Below are positions 43,611 to 51,624 of a stretch of DNA of 64,000 bases, one piece after another (position 1 is the first letter of the stretch; each line of letters opens with the position of its first letter). The translations under genes were made by a program, and so were the position numbers. The stretch is from an uncultured Prochlorococcus sp. (GTDB taxonomy: Bacteria; Cyanobacteriota; Cyanobacteriia; PCC-6307; Cyanobiaceae). The notes beneath the pieces were generated by a model. The model was not told the origin of the DNA. It saw only the letters and a list, made by a program, of their open reading frames with translations, and ran no database searches. The stretch is taken from NCBI GenBank assembly GCA_902620895.1, contig CACNJU010000005.1, positions 20,635 through 84,634 on the forward strand. The letters run 5' to 3'.

Positions 43611-43799
43611 TTAACTATCACGATAAGTAAGCTTTTCAGCAACTAATTCGTCCTCTAACTGCTTTATTAATCTTGATACAAGACTTTGAAATTCTGGTTG
43701 ACAGCCTTTAAAGGCAGCTTTATGTCTTATTGGCTCATTTCTAGTTCTTAAATCAGTAAGCATTAATTGTAAAGCGTCAATTTTGGGATTTATTTTCAT
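43611..43799 (-). CDS. Small conserved hypothetical protein
   Basis: 62-aa ORF filling the gap, helical composition (LQLMLTDLRTRNEPIRH). Confidence 0.7.
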   Translation of the reverse strand: MKINPKIDALQLMLTDLRTRNEPIRHKAAFKGCQPEFQSLVSRLIKQLEDELVAEKLTYRDS

Positions 43800-43825
43800 A
43801 GTTTTAATTTATATAATTACATCTT

Positions 43826-44485
43826 TTAAATCATTTGCATAGCTTTTTTAAAAGATATCTTTTTATTATCATTCGAACTTGTAACTTCTATTAATTTATT
43901 TATGGATTCTTTGTTTTTTAAAGAATCTATACAACATTGCGCAACTAATCTTCTCGGGATAGATCCATTAATTTGAGTATCCTCCTTTGAATAATTTATA
44001 TTTTCTGATTTAATATCTTCATTTTCCTTTAATCCTCCAGGTCTTATAATAGTCCATTCGAAATTAGAATTTCGTAGAAAGTTTTCACCTAATTTCTTCC
44101 AAATAAGAATTAAACCAAATAAGTTTAATGGGTGAAATAATTTACCAGTACAAAGGGAACTAACTAAAATAACTCTTTTAATACCAACTCTTTTGCAACT
44201 CTCTAGTTGCCTGTATACACCCAATGCATCAACCTTTGCAGGACCAGTTAAATCTAATGATGCTCTCGCCCCAGTCGCAATTATCAAAGCATCAATATCT
44301 TTTAAAGCTTTATCAAGTTCTCCTTTTTTGTCTAATGAAACCCTAATTGTTTCTAAACTCTCTAGTCCTGCTGCGACTTTTGAATTCTTTCTGATGATTT
44401 GCTTTACTTTATATCCTTTTTTAACTGCTTCTTCGGAAATTCTATAACCTGTTTTCCCCGATGCACCAGTAATTGCTATTTTCAT
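43826..44485 (-). CDS. NAD(P)H-binding SDR / flavin reductase-like oxidoreductase
   Basis: ITGASGKTG, VSSLC, IIRPGGL. Confidence 0.88.
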   Translation of the reverse strand: MKIAITGASGKTGYRISEEAVKKGYKVKQIIRKNSKVAAGLESLETIRVSLDKKGELDKALKDIDALIIATGARASLDLTGPAKVDALGVYRQLESCKRVGIKRVILVSSLCTGKLFHPLNLFGLILIWKKLGENFLRNSNFEWTIIRPGGLKENEDIKSENINYSKEDTQINGSIPRRLVAQCCIDSLKNKESINKLIEVTSSNDNKKISFKKAMQMI

Positions 44486-44521
44486 GTTTAAAAAAACTAA
44501 TTTAAATATTATATAAATTTC

Positions 44522-45175
44522 TTAAGGCTTTTTACATATAAATTTCTTTTTTCTTTTGGGATAAAGAGTGCGACATAAATAACATTTTGTTCCATCGCAG
44601 CCTCTTGCTGTGCAATATTCTCTGCCATAAAAGATTATTTGCAAATGTAAGGTATTCCAATCATTAACAGGAAATATTTTTTTTAAGTCTTTCTCTGTTT
44701 GAACCACGCTATCTCCATTTGATAGACCCCATCTTTGTGCCAACCTGTGTATGTGAGTATCTACAGGGAATGAGGGTATTTTAAACACTTGAGACATTAC
44801 AACTGATGCTGTTTTATGACCTACCCCTGGAAGAGATTCAAGCTTCTCGAAAGAATCTGGGACCTTACCACTATGCTTCTCAATCAATAATTTAGATAAG
44901 TTATAGATGTTCTTTGATTTTTGATTAGATAGGCCTAAAAATTTTATGTATTCGTAAATGCCATTAATACCTAGCTGCATCATTTTTTCTGGATCATCTG
45001 CAACCTTAAATAAGCTTTTTGTTAATTCATTAACTTTCTTATCTGTTGATTGAGCACTTAAAACTACAGCGACTAGAAGTGTATAAGCATTTGTATGATC
45101 AAGGGGGATTGGAGGCGATGGATATAGCTTTTTGAGTTCCTTGCGTATTATTTCTGCTCTTTCAGACTTTCTCAT
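44522..45175 (-). CDS. nth: Endonuclease III
   Basis: LVAVVLSAQSTD, LPGVGHKTA HhH motif, PVDTH, Cys cluster. Confidence 0.95.
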   Translation of the reverse strand: MRKSERAEIIRKELKKLYPSPPIPLDHTNAYTLLVAVVLSAQSTDKKVNELTKSLFKVADDPEKMMQLGINGIYEYIKFLGLSNQKSKNIYNLSKLLIEKHSGKVPDSFEKLESLPGVGHKTASVVMSQVFKIPSFPVDTHIHRLAQRWGLSNGDSVVQTEKDLKKIFPVNDWNTLHLQIIFYGREYCTARGCDGTKCYLCRTLYPKRKKKFICKKP

Positions 45176-45252
45176 TAAATTTTAAAATTAAATGATGTAT
45201 AAAATTATACAAGGGATATTTTAGGTGAATATTTTCTGCTACCTTAATATAT

Positions 45253-46329
45253 TTGAATAAGAAGAAGTTAGTGAAAAATGATGCGTTAATAATTGATGAT
45301 TTGCATCATAAATATGATAAGCGAGAATGTTCAAATTGGATATTAAACGAAATTAACCTGACAATTGAAAATGGCGAATTGTTAGGGTTGCTTGGCCCTT
45401 CTGGTTGCGGAAAAACTACTCTTTTAAGATTAATTGCGGGGTTCGAATACCCCTCTAGAGGGAGGATTTCTCTAAATGATAAGGAAATTTCAAGTAAGAA
45501 AAAAATTCTTAGTCCTGAGAAAAGAAATATTGGTATGGTTTTTCAAGACTATGCACTTTTCCCTCACTTAACTGTTTTGGAAAATGTAATTTTTGGTTTG
45601 AAAAACAAAAAAGACAGATCTAGAGTTGATTATTTATTAAATGTTGTAGGTCTTGATAGTTTTGTTGGAAGGTACCCACATGAACTTTCTGGAGGTCAAA
45701 AACAAAGACTCGCAATTGCGAGAGCTCTTGCCCCAGGAACAAATTTTATTTTATTAGATGAACCTTTTTGTAGTCTTGATATGCATGTCAAACTAAAATT
45801 GAGAAGTGAACTCCCTAATATTCTAAAAGGTTGTAATGCAAGCGGATTGATGGTTACTCATGATCCGGAAGAAGCGATGTCAATTTGCGATAAAGTCGCC
45901 GTTATGAATGATGGGAAAATACATCAAATTGATACACCAATTAACCTTCTAAATAATCCCAAGACCATATTTGTTAGTAGTTTTATTTTGGGTAATAATA
46001 TTATTAATCTCAAAAAAAATGGTAATTCATATATTTCTTGTTTAGGTGAAATAAATTGTTCAGAGTATTTGAAAAATACAAGTATCAAAACCATGTCAAT
46101 TTCACCTAAATTTATTTCAATTAAAAGATCAGAATCTGGTGATGCGATTGTTATATCTAAAGAATTTCTTGGAGAATTTCTTATATATAAAGTATCTATT
46201 AATGGAAACATATTAAGGGTTAGAACTGATATTAATAATCTTCTGAATAATGGTGATAAATGTTCTCTTTCTATTAATAAAAATATTTATTATTTTTTAT
46301 ATCCTGGAGCACATAAGGTACATATATAG
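45253..46329 (+). CDS. futC: Fe3+ ABC transporter ATP-binding protein (FutC type)
   Basis: GPSGCGKTTLL, VFQDYALFPHL, LSGGQKQR, TOBE-like C-terminus; next to ferritin. Confidence 0.82.
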   Translation: MNKKKLVKNDALIIDDLHHKYDKRECSNWILNEINLTIENGELLGLLGPSGCGKTTLLRLIAGFEYPSRGRISLNDKEISSKKKILSPEKRNIGMVFQDYALFPHLTVLENVIFGLKNKKDRSRVDYLLNVVGLDSFVGRYPHELSGGQKQRLAIARALAPGTNFILLDEPFCSLDMHVKLKLRSELPNILKGCNASGLMVTHDPEEAMSICDKVAVMNDGKIHQIDTPINLLNNPKTIFVSSFILGNNIINLKKNGNSYISCLGEINCSEYLKNTSIKTMSISPKFISIKRSESGDAIVISKEFLGEFLIYKVSINGNILRVRTDINNLLNNGDKCSLSINKNIYYFLYPGAHKVHI

Positions 46330-46336
46330 AATTTAT

Positions 46337-46459
46337 TTATAGGCAATTACACTTGCCTCCCTTCCAATTAGAGCATTTTTTCTTTTTACATTTCTTTTTT
46401 TTACTTTTATATATTTTTTTAGTTAATTGCAGTTCAGAAAAACTGTACTCTAAATTCAT
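46337..46459 (-). CDS. 40-aa Lys/Cys-rich microprotein (not in ORF track)
   Basis: Manual translation MNLEYSFSELQLTKKIYKSKKKKCKKKKCSNWKGGKCNCL; ATG 8 nt from a Fur-like box. Confidence 0.6.
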   Translation of the reverse strand: MNLEYSFSELQLTKKIYKSKKKKCKKKKCSNWKGGKCNCL

Positions 46460-46466
46460 TTATAGT

Positions 46467-46490
46467 ATTGCGAGTGATTTTCATTATCAT
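46467..46490. promoter_or_regulatory. Fur-like box between the Cys-rich peptide and ferritin
   Basis: ATTGCGAGTGATTTTCATTATCAT, 20/24 identical to the box at 48047-48070. Confidence 0.65.
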
Positions 46491-46572
46491 ATTATTTAAT
46501 TTAATTTAAAGGATTTATTAATTACTAATTTATACAAAATGTTGTATTATTTATTTAGATACTTAGTTTAAT

Positions 46573-47127
46573 ATGAATGAAAATAATTTAAAAACAAAGA
46601 AATTAATTAATTTTGGTCCATCTGGAAGAGCTATTGCTCAACCGATAGATAATAGTTTATTGGATAACATTTTTGAACATCTAACAATGGAAAGATATGC
46701 CAATGTTCAATATTTTTCTATGTATCTATGGTTTCAAGAACGTGATTTAAATGGATTTGCATCTCATTTTCTAAGTGAATCACAAGGCGAAATGGAACAT
46801 GCTCAGAAATTTGCAGATTACTTAATCGCAAGAGGACAAAGCGTAAAATTAGATGAAATTCCTGCTCCCGTTCAAACATGGGATTCTATAGAAGAGCTGA
46901 TTTCTTATTCTTTTAACATGGAGGCTGATTTAACCTCATCTCTACAACAACTTTATTCAATATCAGAAAGAATTTCAGATACAAGAACTAACGTATTCTT
47001 AGATCCTATTATAGAGGCTCAAACACAATCAGAAGATGAATTTGCAAACATACTGGGCAAGGTAAAGTTTGCTTCTAATCAACCTTCGGCAATATTACTA
47101 ATAGATAGTGATTTAAAGAAAAAATAA
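46573..47127 (+). CDS. ftn: Ferritin (non-heme)
   Basis: Ferroxidase-type residues ME..A..QY, GEMEHA, ME, Q..SE; 184 aa. Confidence 0.9.
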   Translation: MNENNLKTKKLINFGPSGRAIAQPIDNSLLDNIFEHLTMERYANVQYFSMYLWFQERDLNGFASHFLSESQGEMEHAQKFADYLIARGQSVKLDEIPAPVQTWDSIEELISYSFNMEADLTSSLQQLYSISERISDTRTNVFLDPIIEAQTQSEDEFANILGKVKFASNQPSAILLIDSDLKKK

Positions 47128-47400
47128 ATTACTTTCAAATTTATTCTCATTCAATGTCCTTTTGGTTATTTCAAAAAGTAAATTCGAAAAGTTAATTTTT
47201 TCGTTATTTTTATTTAAGAGTTCAGCTATTTTATGAATTTCATTAACTCTTTCAAAAATATTTTTGTTTTCAGCAAATAATCTTCCCTTTAATGCTCTAT
47301 TTTCTGTAGTTTTATAGGATTGCTTGATATTTCTGAGTCTATTCGATAAAACATCAACTTCCATTAACAAGTTGTTTGTAAGTGATTGTGATTCCTTCAT
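47113..47400 (-). CDS. Helical hypothetical protein co-transcribed with the Crp regulator
   Basis: ATG at 47400, 4 nt after the Crp stop; 95 aa, coiled-coil-like; overlaps the ferritin 3' end. Confidence 0.75.
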   Translation of the reverse strand: MKESQSLTNNLLMEVDVLSNRLRNIKQSYKTTENRALKGRLFAENKNIFERVNEIHKIAELLNKNNEKINFSNLLFEITKRTLNENKFESNLFFL

Positions 47401-47404
47401 GTTT

Positions 47405-47992
47405 TTATAGCGGTGATGTTTCAATAAAAGAAGGGGCAACACTGACTGTTTGGGTCCCGATAGGAGCTATTAATAACTCAGATGATCTTAATTTAGAAAT
47501 TAATCTTGTTGATGTTACTCGTGTAGAACCGATTAATTCGCCTATCCTTTCGTGAGTTAACCTAAAAGGTAACTCACACCATTGGCCACATCTTCTACCT
47601 AAACGATTTACTAGTATTGAAAACAAGGCTTGTAATCTCTGTTCTGCATTTCCTAAGTGTCTAATCCTAAGGAGTTGCAAAGTCCATTCATTTACTGCAT
47701 CGAAACCCATATTCTCATCAATATTTACATTGCTGTGAAACGACAAATCTGTTAATGCTTCAACGCAGACACCTTCGCTACACAAAAGGTCCGTCCTTAA
47801 TTGATCTCCTGATTGTAAAAATGCTAGTGTCATTCCTTCAGTTTCTTCACAAGGACAATAAACTCTTGCAATTCCACTCTCGACTTCTAAGCAAGTCCCT
47901 TTGGGTCTTGATGAAGGATCTATTAATACTGATTGTCCAGTTATTATTCTTACTAATTTTGAGGGAGATTCTCCATAACTATGGAAATTCAT
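47405..47992 (-). CDS. Crp/Fnr family transcriptional regulator (Cys-rich, NtcA-like recognition helix)
   Basis: LTHERIGELIGSTRVTSTRL HTH; likely start MNFHS at 47992. Confidence 0.9.
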   Translation of the reverse strand: MNFHSYGESPSKLVRIITGQSVLIDPSSRPKGTCLEVESGIARVYCPCEETEGMTLAFLQSGDQLRTDLLCSEGVCVEALTDLSFHSNVNIDENMGFDAVNEWTLQLLRIRHLGNAEQRLQALFSILVNRLGRRCGQWCELPFRLTHERIGELIGSTRVTSTRLISKLRSSELLIAPIGTQTVSVAPSFIETSPL

Positions 47993-48004
47993 TAATTTAA
48001 GTAT

Positions 48005-48023
48005 GATAATGAGAATTATTATC
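48005..48023. promoter_or_regulatory. Fur box
   Basis: GATAATGAGAATTATTATC, 17/19 match to the classical Fur consensus GATAATGATAATCATTATC. Confidence 0.8.
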
Positions 48024-48046
48024 AATTATGCACTATAAGTTTACTT

Positions 48047-48070
48047 ATTGCAATAGATTCTCATTATCAT
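48047..48070. promoter_or_regulatory. Second Fur-like box
   Basis: ATTGCAATAGATTCTCATTATCAT; 48057-48070 is a perfect 14-bp inverted repeat of 48003-48016. Confidence 0.7.
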
Positions 48071-48145
48071 TTTGATTCTGAAGTTTTTCTTTACATAGTA
48101 TTTAGCAATATAATTTAGATAGAGTTGCTAAAAATTTTATTTTAG

Positions 48146-48334
48146 ATGAGTGTAAATAGAGTTTGTTTTAATTGTGGAAGTTCATCGTTCGTCTCAGATC
48201 GTTCTTTAGGAGGTAAGATTGTCTGCTCTAAATGTGGATCTTCTTCATTTAAAAATAAATCCTCTTCCTTTTTAAAAAGCAAAAAGTTTGTATTTCTCGC
48301 TATTGCCATAGCTATTTTTATAATTGTTATTTAG
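48146..48334 (+). CDS. 62-aa Cys4 zinc-ribbon protein with C-terminal membrane anchor
   Basis: CFNCGSSSF...CSKCGSSSF and a hydrophobic tail preceded by Lys residues. Confidence 0.75.
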   Translation: MSVNRVCFNCGSSSFVSDRSLGGKIVCSKCGSSSFKNKSSSFLKSKKFVFLAIAIAIFIIVI

Positions 48335-49115
48335 ATAATCTGTTTATATTCCAAAGTCCATTATTTTTAGCCACCTCTACATCAATGCCGTATAACTTAT
48401 TAATATTCTCACTATTTATAACCTTATTTTGATGACCATCAACGATTATCTTGCCATCTTTTAGCATTAGGACGCGATCATATATTCTTGTAATCATAGA
48501 GATATCATGAGTAACGCAAAAAATTCTGGTATTTAATTTTGATAATTCATTAATCTTATCAACTACAAAAAACTTTGATTTATAATCTAAATTTGCAATT
48601 GGTTCATCTAGGATCAAGATATCTGGTTTTTTTATTAACGCCCTAGCAATGAGAGAAATTTTTTTTTCTCCATCTGATAAATAGGAAAAATATTTTTTAG
48701 ATAAATTAGAAATATTCATTTTCTTCATTATTTTTTCAACTTTATAAGAGTCTCTTTCAGATTTATTTTGCACGTAACAATACCTTCCATATAGTCCACT
48801 TAAAATTAAATCAAAAACTTGCAGATTTGGATTTATTCTATTTTTTATATCATTATTTACAGTACTTACTCTTTTTCTTAGTTCCCATAAATTTATAAGT
48901 TCTTTGCCAAATATTTTTAATTTCGATTCATTAGCTATTACAGGATATATGTTTCTATTAATTACTTCAATTAAAGATGATTTACCTGAGCCATTTGGTC
49001 CAATTAATATTACATTCTCTGAATACGCTATCTTTAAATTTAAATCTTTAATTACTCTATAGCCATTTTTAAAACAATTTATATTTTTTGCCTCAAACCA
49101 AAAGTTATTAACCAC
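48327..49115 (-). CDS. ABC transporter ATP-binding protein (ModF-like, orphan)
   Basis: GPNGSGKSS, LSDGEKK signature, LILDEP, VTHD. Confidence 0.88.
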   Translation of the reverse strand: MVNNFWFEAKNINCFKNGYRVIKDLNLKIAYSENVILIGPNGSGKSSLIEVINRNIYPVIANESKLKIFGKELINLWELRKRVSTVNNDIKNRINPNLQVFDLILSGLYGRYCYVQNKSERDSYKVEKIMKKMNISNLSKKYFSYLSDGEKKISLIARALIKKPDILILDEPIANLDYKSKFFVVDKINELSKLNTRIFCVTHDISMITRIYDRVLMLKDGKIIVDGHQNKVINSENINKLYGIDVEVAKNNGLWNINRLSK

Positions 49116-49216
49116 TAGAATTTATTGCTCCAAAATATAATTAATTGAATTGAGCTTAAAATAAATATCAAAAGATAAAGCCAGTTCAACCATGAAGGTC
49201 TATTTACTTTCTTCAT
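49115..49216 (-). CDS. 33-aa single-pass membrane microprotein (not in ORF track)
   Basis: MKKVNRPSWLNWLYLLIFILSSIQLIIFWSNKF; starts 3 nt after the oxygenase stop, and its TAG overlaps the GTG of the ABC ATPase. Confidence 0.7.
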   Translation of the reverse strand: MKKVNRPSWLNWLYLLIFILSSIQLIIFWSNKF

Positions 49217-49219
49217 AAA

Positions 49220-50542
49220 TTATATAAATAACATAAAAAATATAAGCGGAGCAGCAAATCTTATAAATGTTTTTCTAATAATAATTAAATTATTTATGAT
49301 TTCTAATTTCTTTACCTCAGGTGGATATTTCATTATAACTTTGTCGTATACATTGAGATTTTGAGTTTTATTAATATTTCTCCAAGGTTCATCTTTATCT
49401 TCAGACTTCTTATACCATTTCCAAAAGTAATTAATTATTCTATCTTCTCCCAATAATTTTATTTCATCTTTACTTACATATCCCATATTGTGATTATATG
49501 TTTGCGTTTTTAAAATCATATAATCCTCATCAAATATCTTATAAAAAATCTTTCTTTGATTCTCTTTAAATAATAAGAGGTTGTTAAGTAGTTTATTTTG
49601 TAGAAATTTCCTATAGTGCCTTACTATTACTCTTGCCTTGTTATCTCCTAGTGGAATATGATCTAAAACTTGTAAATATCTAGCTTCAGAAGGATCTCCT
49701 TTATAAATTAATATCCGTCCAGGTGGGATGTATTTTATCCGGATAAATTCATTTTTAGGATTGTTCTTATAGTAATAAATACTCTCAATATATTTAGGTG
49801 TAACATTAATTTTCTGGTTGAAACTAACAAGTACATTTTTATTAACATCTTTATCAGGAATCGTATCGCCGTGAACCCAAAATAGATGAAGGATATCTAA
49901 GTGATTTTCAATTATCCTTGACCAATCACATTTAAAGTCGACTAATGCTTCTTCAAATACATAATCCTTTTCTGAAAAACCATTATCAGTTAAATCGTAG
50001 TTACTTATTGGTGAATCTTCAATAATATTGTTTAAATCGGTGTCGGATTTTTTAGAGTAATGTACAAAAATATATCCATTCTTTTCTAGAGCTTTATATT
50101 GAGATAAGTGAATTCTTTTGGCGTAGTTATCATAGTTATTATCAACTATGTGACTACATGTTATTCTATCTAGATTTTGGCAACTTCCACCAGATGAGAA
50201 TTTAGCTCCATGATATGGACAGGTTATAACTCCATCTAATAGTGTTCCTCCAAAAAAAGAGGCTCCCCTATGTGGACAAATATTTTTTATGCACCTAACG
50301 TTTTCATTCTCATCTCTATAAAGAACAAGAGGCTCATTATAGAGTGAAAAATAATTCAGCTTATTTTTTTTTAGTTCTTTTGAAGGACAAAGTGCATACC
50401 AACCAAATAAACCTATTTTTAATTCATTTTGATTTTCTCTAATATCTAACGAGTCAATTTTTACTACCGTTTCTTTTTTAAATGGCTTAAGAACGGTATT
50501 AAAGTCTTTTGATTTAAAAAAATTAATTTGTCTGTTTTCCAT
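49220..50542 (-). CDS. Rieske non-heme iron oxygenase, Prochlorococcus-type chlorophyllide a oxygenase (PcCAO)
   Basis: Rieske CPHRG/CPYHG, mononuclear Fe motif ENHLDILH..VH, C-terminal TM; CAO identity from recalled family and synteny. Confidence 0.8.
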   Translation of the reverse strand: MENRQINFFKSKDFNTVLKPFKKETVVKIDSLDIRENQNELKIGLFGWYALCPSKELKKNKLNYFSLYNEPLVLYRDENENVRCIKNICPHRGASFFGGTLLDGVITCPYHGAKFSSGGSCQNLDRITCSHIVDNNYDNYAKRIHLSQYKALEKNGYIFVHYSKKSDTDLNNIIEDSPISNYDLTDNGFSEKDYVFEEALVDFKCDWSRIIENHLDILHLFWVHGDTIPDKDVNKNVLVSFNQKINVTPKYIESIYYYKNNPKNEFIRIKYIPPGRILIYKGDPSEARYLQVLDHIPLGDNKARVIVRHYRKFLQNKLLNNLLLFKENQRKIFYKIFDEDYMILKTQTYNHNMGYVSKDEIKLLGEDRIINYFWKWYKKSEDKDEPWRNINKTQNLNVYDKVIMKYPPEVKKLEIINNLIIIRKTFIRFAAPLIFFMLFI

Positions 50543-50699
50543 AAATTAATTTCTTTTTTAATTGACTGTTTATCTTTCGGAACTATAACCCAAGTAAATA
50601 ATCAATTTCTTATAAAAAGAAAATTCTCTATTATTTGTAGCAATAATTATGTAGTTATTTAAAAATATCGATTCCCTGTCGTATTTATTTATCTTTATT

Positions 50700-50894
50700 T
50701 CAGGTTTTTTGTATCTTTTGTGATTCTTTCAAATTTTTTATGTAATCAATAGCATCATCAATATTTTTGTGGAAATTACACTGGCCTAAATAACAACCTA
50801 TAAATCTTAAGAATTTTCTCTTGCCACCAGTAATCTCATATCTATGTATAGTTCCACCATCTATAGGAGCGTATATAAGTTCTGGTAGTGCCAT
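50700..50894 (-). CDS. Small conserved hypothetical protein
   Basis: MALPELIYAPIDGGTIHRYEITGGKRKFLRFIGCYLGQC...; 64 aa from ATG 50894. Confidence 0.7.
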   Translation of the reverse strand: MALPELIYAPIDGGTIHRYEITGGKRKFLRFIGCYLGQCNFHKNIDDAIDYIKNLKESQKIQKT

Positions 50895-51059
50895 ATTTAA
50901 TTTGTATTTAATACTCAAATAAACAATAATTCATCTTCAAATACATTTCCATAGCTTAATTCATATATTTAATAATTAATTTACTTAATTTTTGGATAAT
51001 TATTTATTGAATACCCAATTATTATTTGTTATCTATTAATTATTGATAGGGATTTTACT

Positions 51060-51155
51060 ATGCCAAAAGCATTCAGGCGTTTTTTAAAAAAACTACCAAA
51101 AAAAATTCAAACTTTAAAGTACTCATTTAGAGAGTTTTTATCTTCAAAAATATGA
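51060..51155 (+). CDS. 31-aa basic amphipathic peptide (putative, not in ORF track)
   Basis: MPKAFRRFLKKLPKKIQTLKYSFREFLSSKI; AGGGA upstream of ATG. Confidence 0.4.
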   Translation: MPKAFRRFLKKLPKKIQTLKYSFREFLSSKI

Positions 51156-51260
51156 AATAACTTTTATGTTCAACATTTTTTTAATTTCTATATTTTTAAT
51201 AAAACTTAGTCCGCAAAGTTAATTTCTAATCTATATTAATCCTGCAATTTATGAAATTTT

Positions 51261-51602
51261 ATGATCAAAAGAGTTTTTACGATATTCATTTTAACTTTGC
51301 TTCTTCTATTTAATAGTCCAGTTTACTCATTAGATACTTCTTCTAAAACTCTTGAAAAGTATACTAAAAAGATTTCTAATAAGTTCACTAGAACTTATTG
51401 CAACACTACCAAATTCGGGATTTCTTATGATGGAGCTTTGGCATTTGCTATTGGAGAGACTAATAAGGAATTTAAAAATAATAAACTCAATAATTTTATA
51501 GATTATTCTTTATTAAAAAATTCAATAGTTAATGATTTAGAAAATAATTGCCAAGTTTATGATTTTGCTATTAGTGATTTAGAAAATTTAAAAATCAACT
51601 AG
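51261..51602 (+). CDS. Secreted hypothetical protein with a Cys pair
   Basis: Signal peptide ending VYS, TYC...NNC. Confidence 0.75.
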   Translation: MIKRVFTIFILTLLLLFNSPVYSLDTSSKTLEKYTKKISNKFTRTYCNTTKFGISYDGALAFAIGETNKEFKNNKLNNFIDYSLLKNSIVNDLENNCQVYDFAISDLENLKIN

Positions 51603-51624
51603 AAAAATCTAAATTGTAAAAGTC

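Noticed and set aside
47993-48025. N-terminal extension MIIILIIILKL of the Crp ORF, which looks like a TM segment
   Set aside because: It is the translation of the Fur box; the ATG at 47992 is the more plausible start
50637-50650. GTAGCAATAATTAT upstream of the Rieske oxygenase as an NtcA box
   Set aside because: Right half-site is mismatched and the hexamer at the expected spacing (TATAAG) lacks the conserved final T
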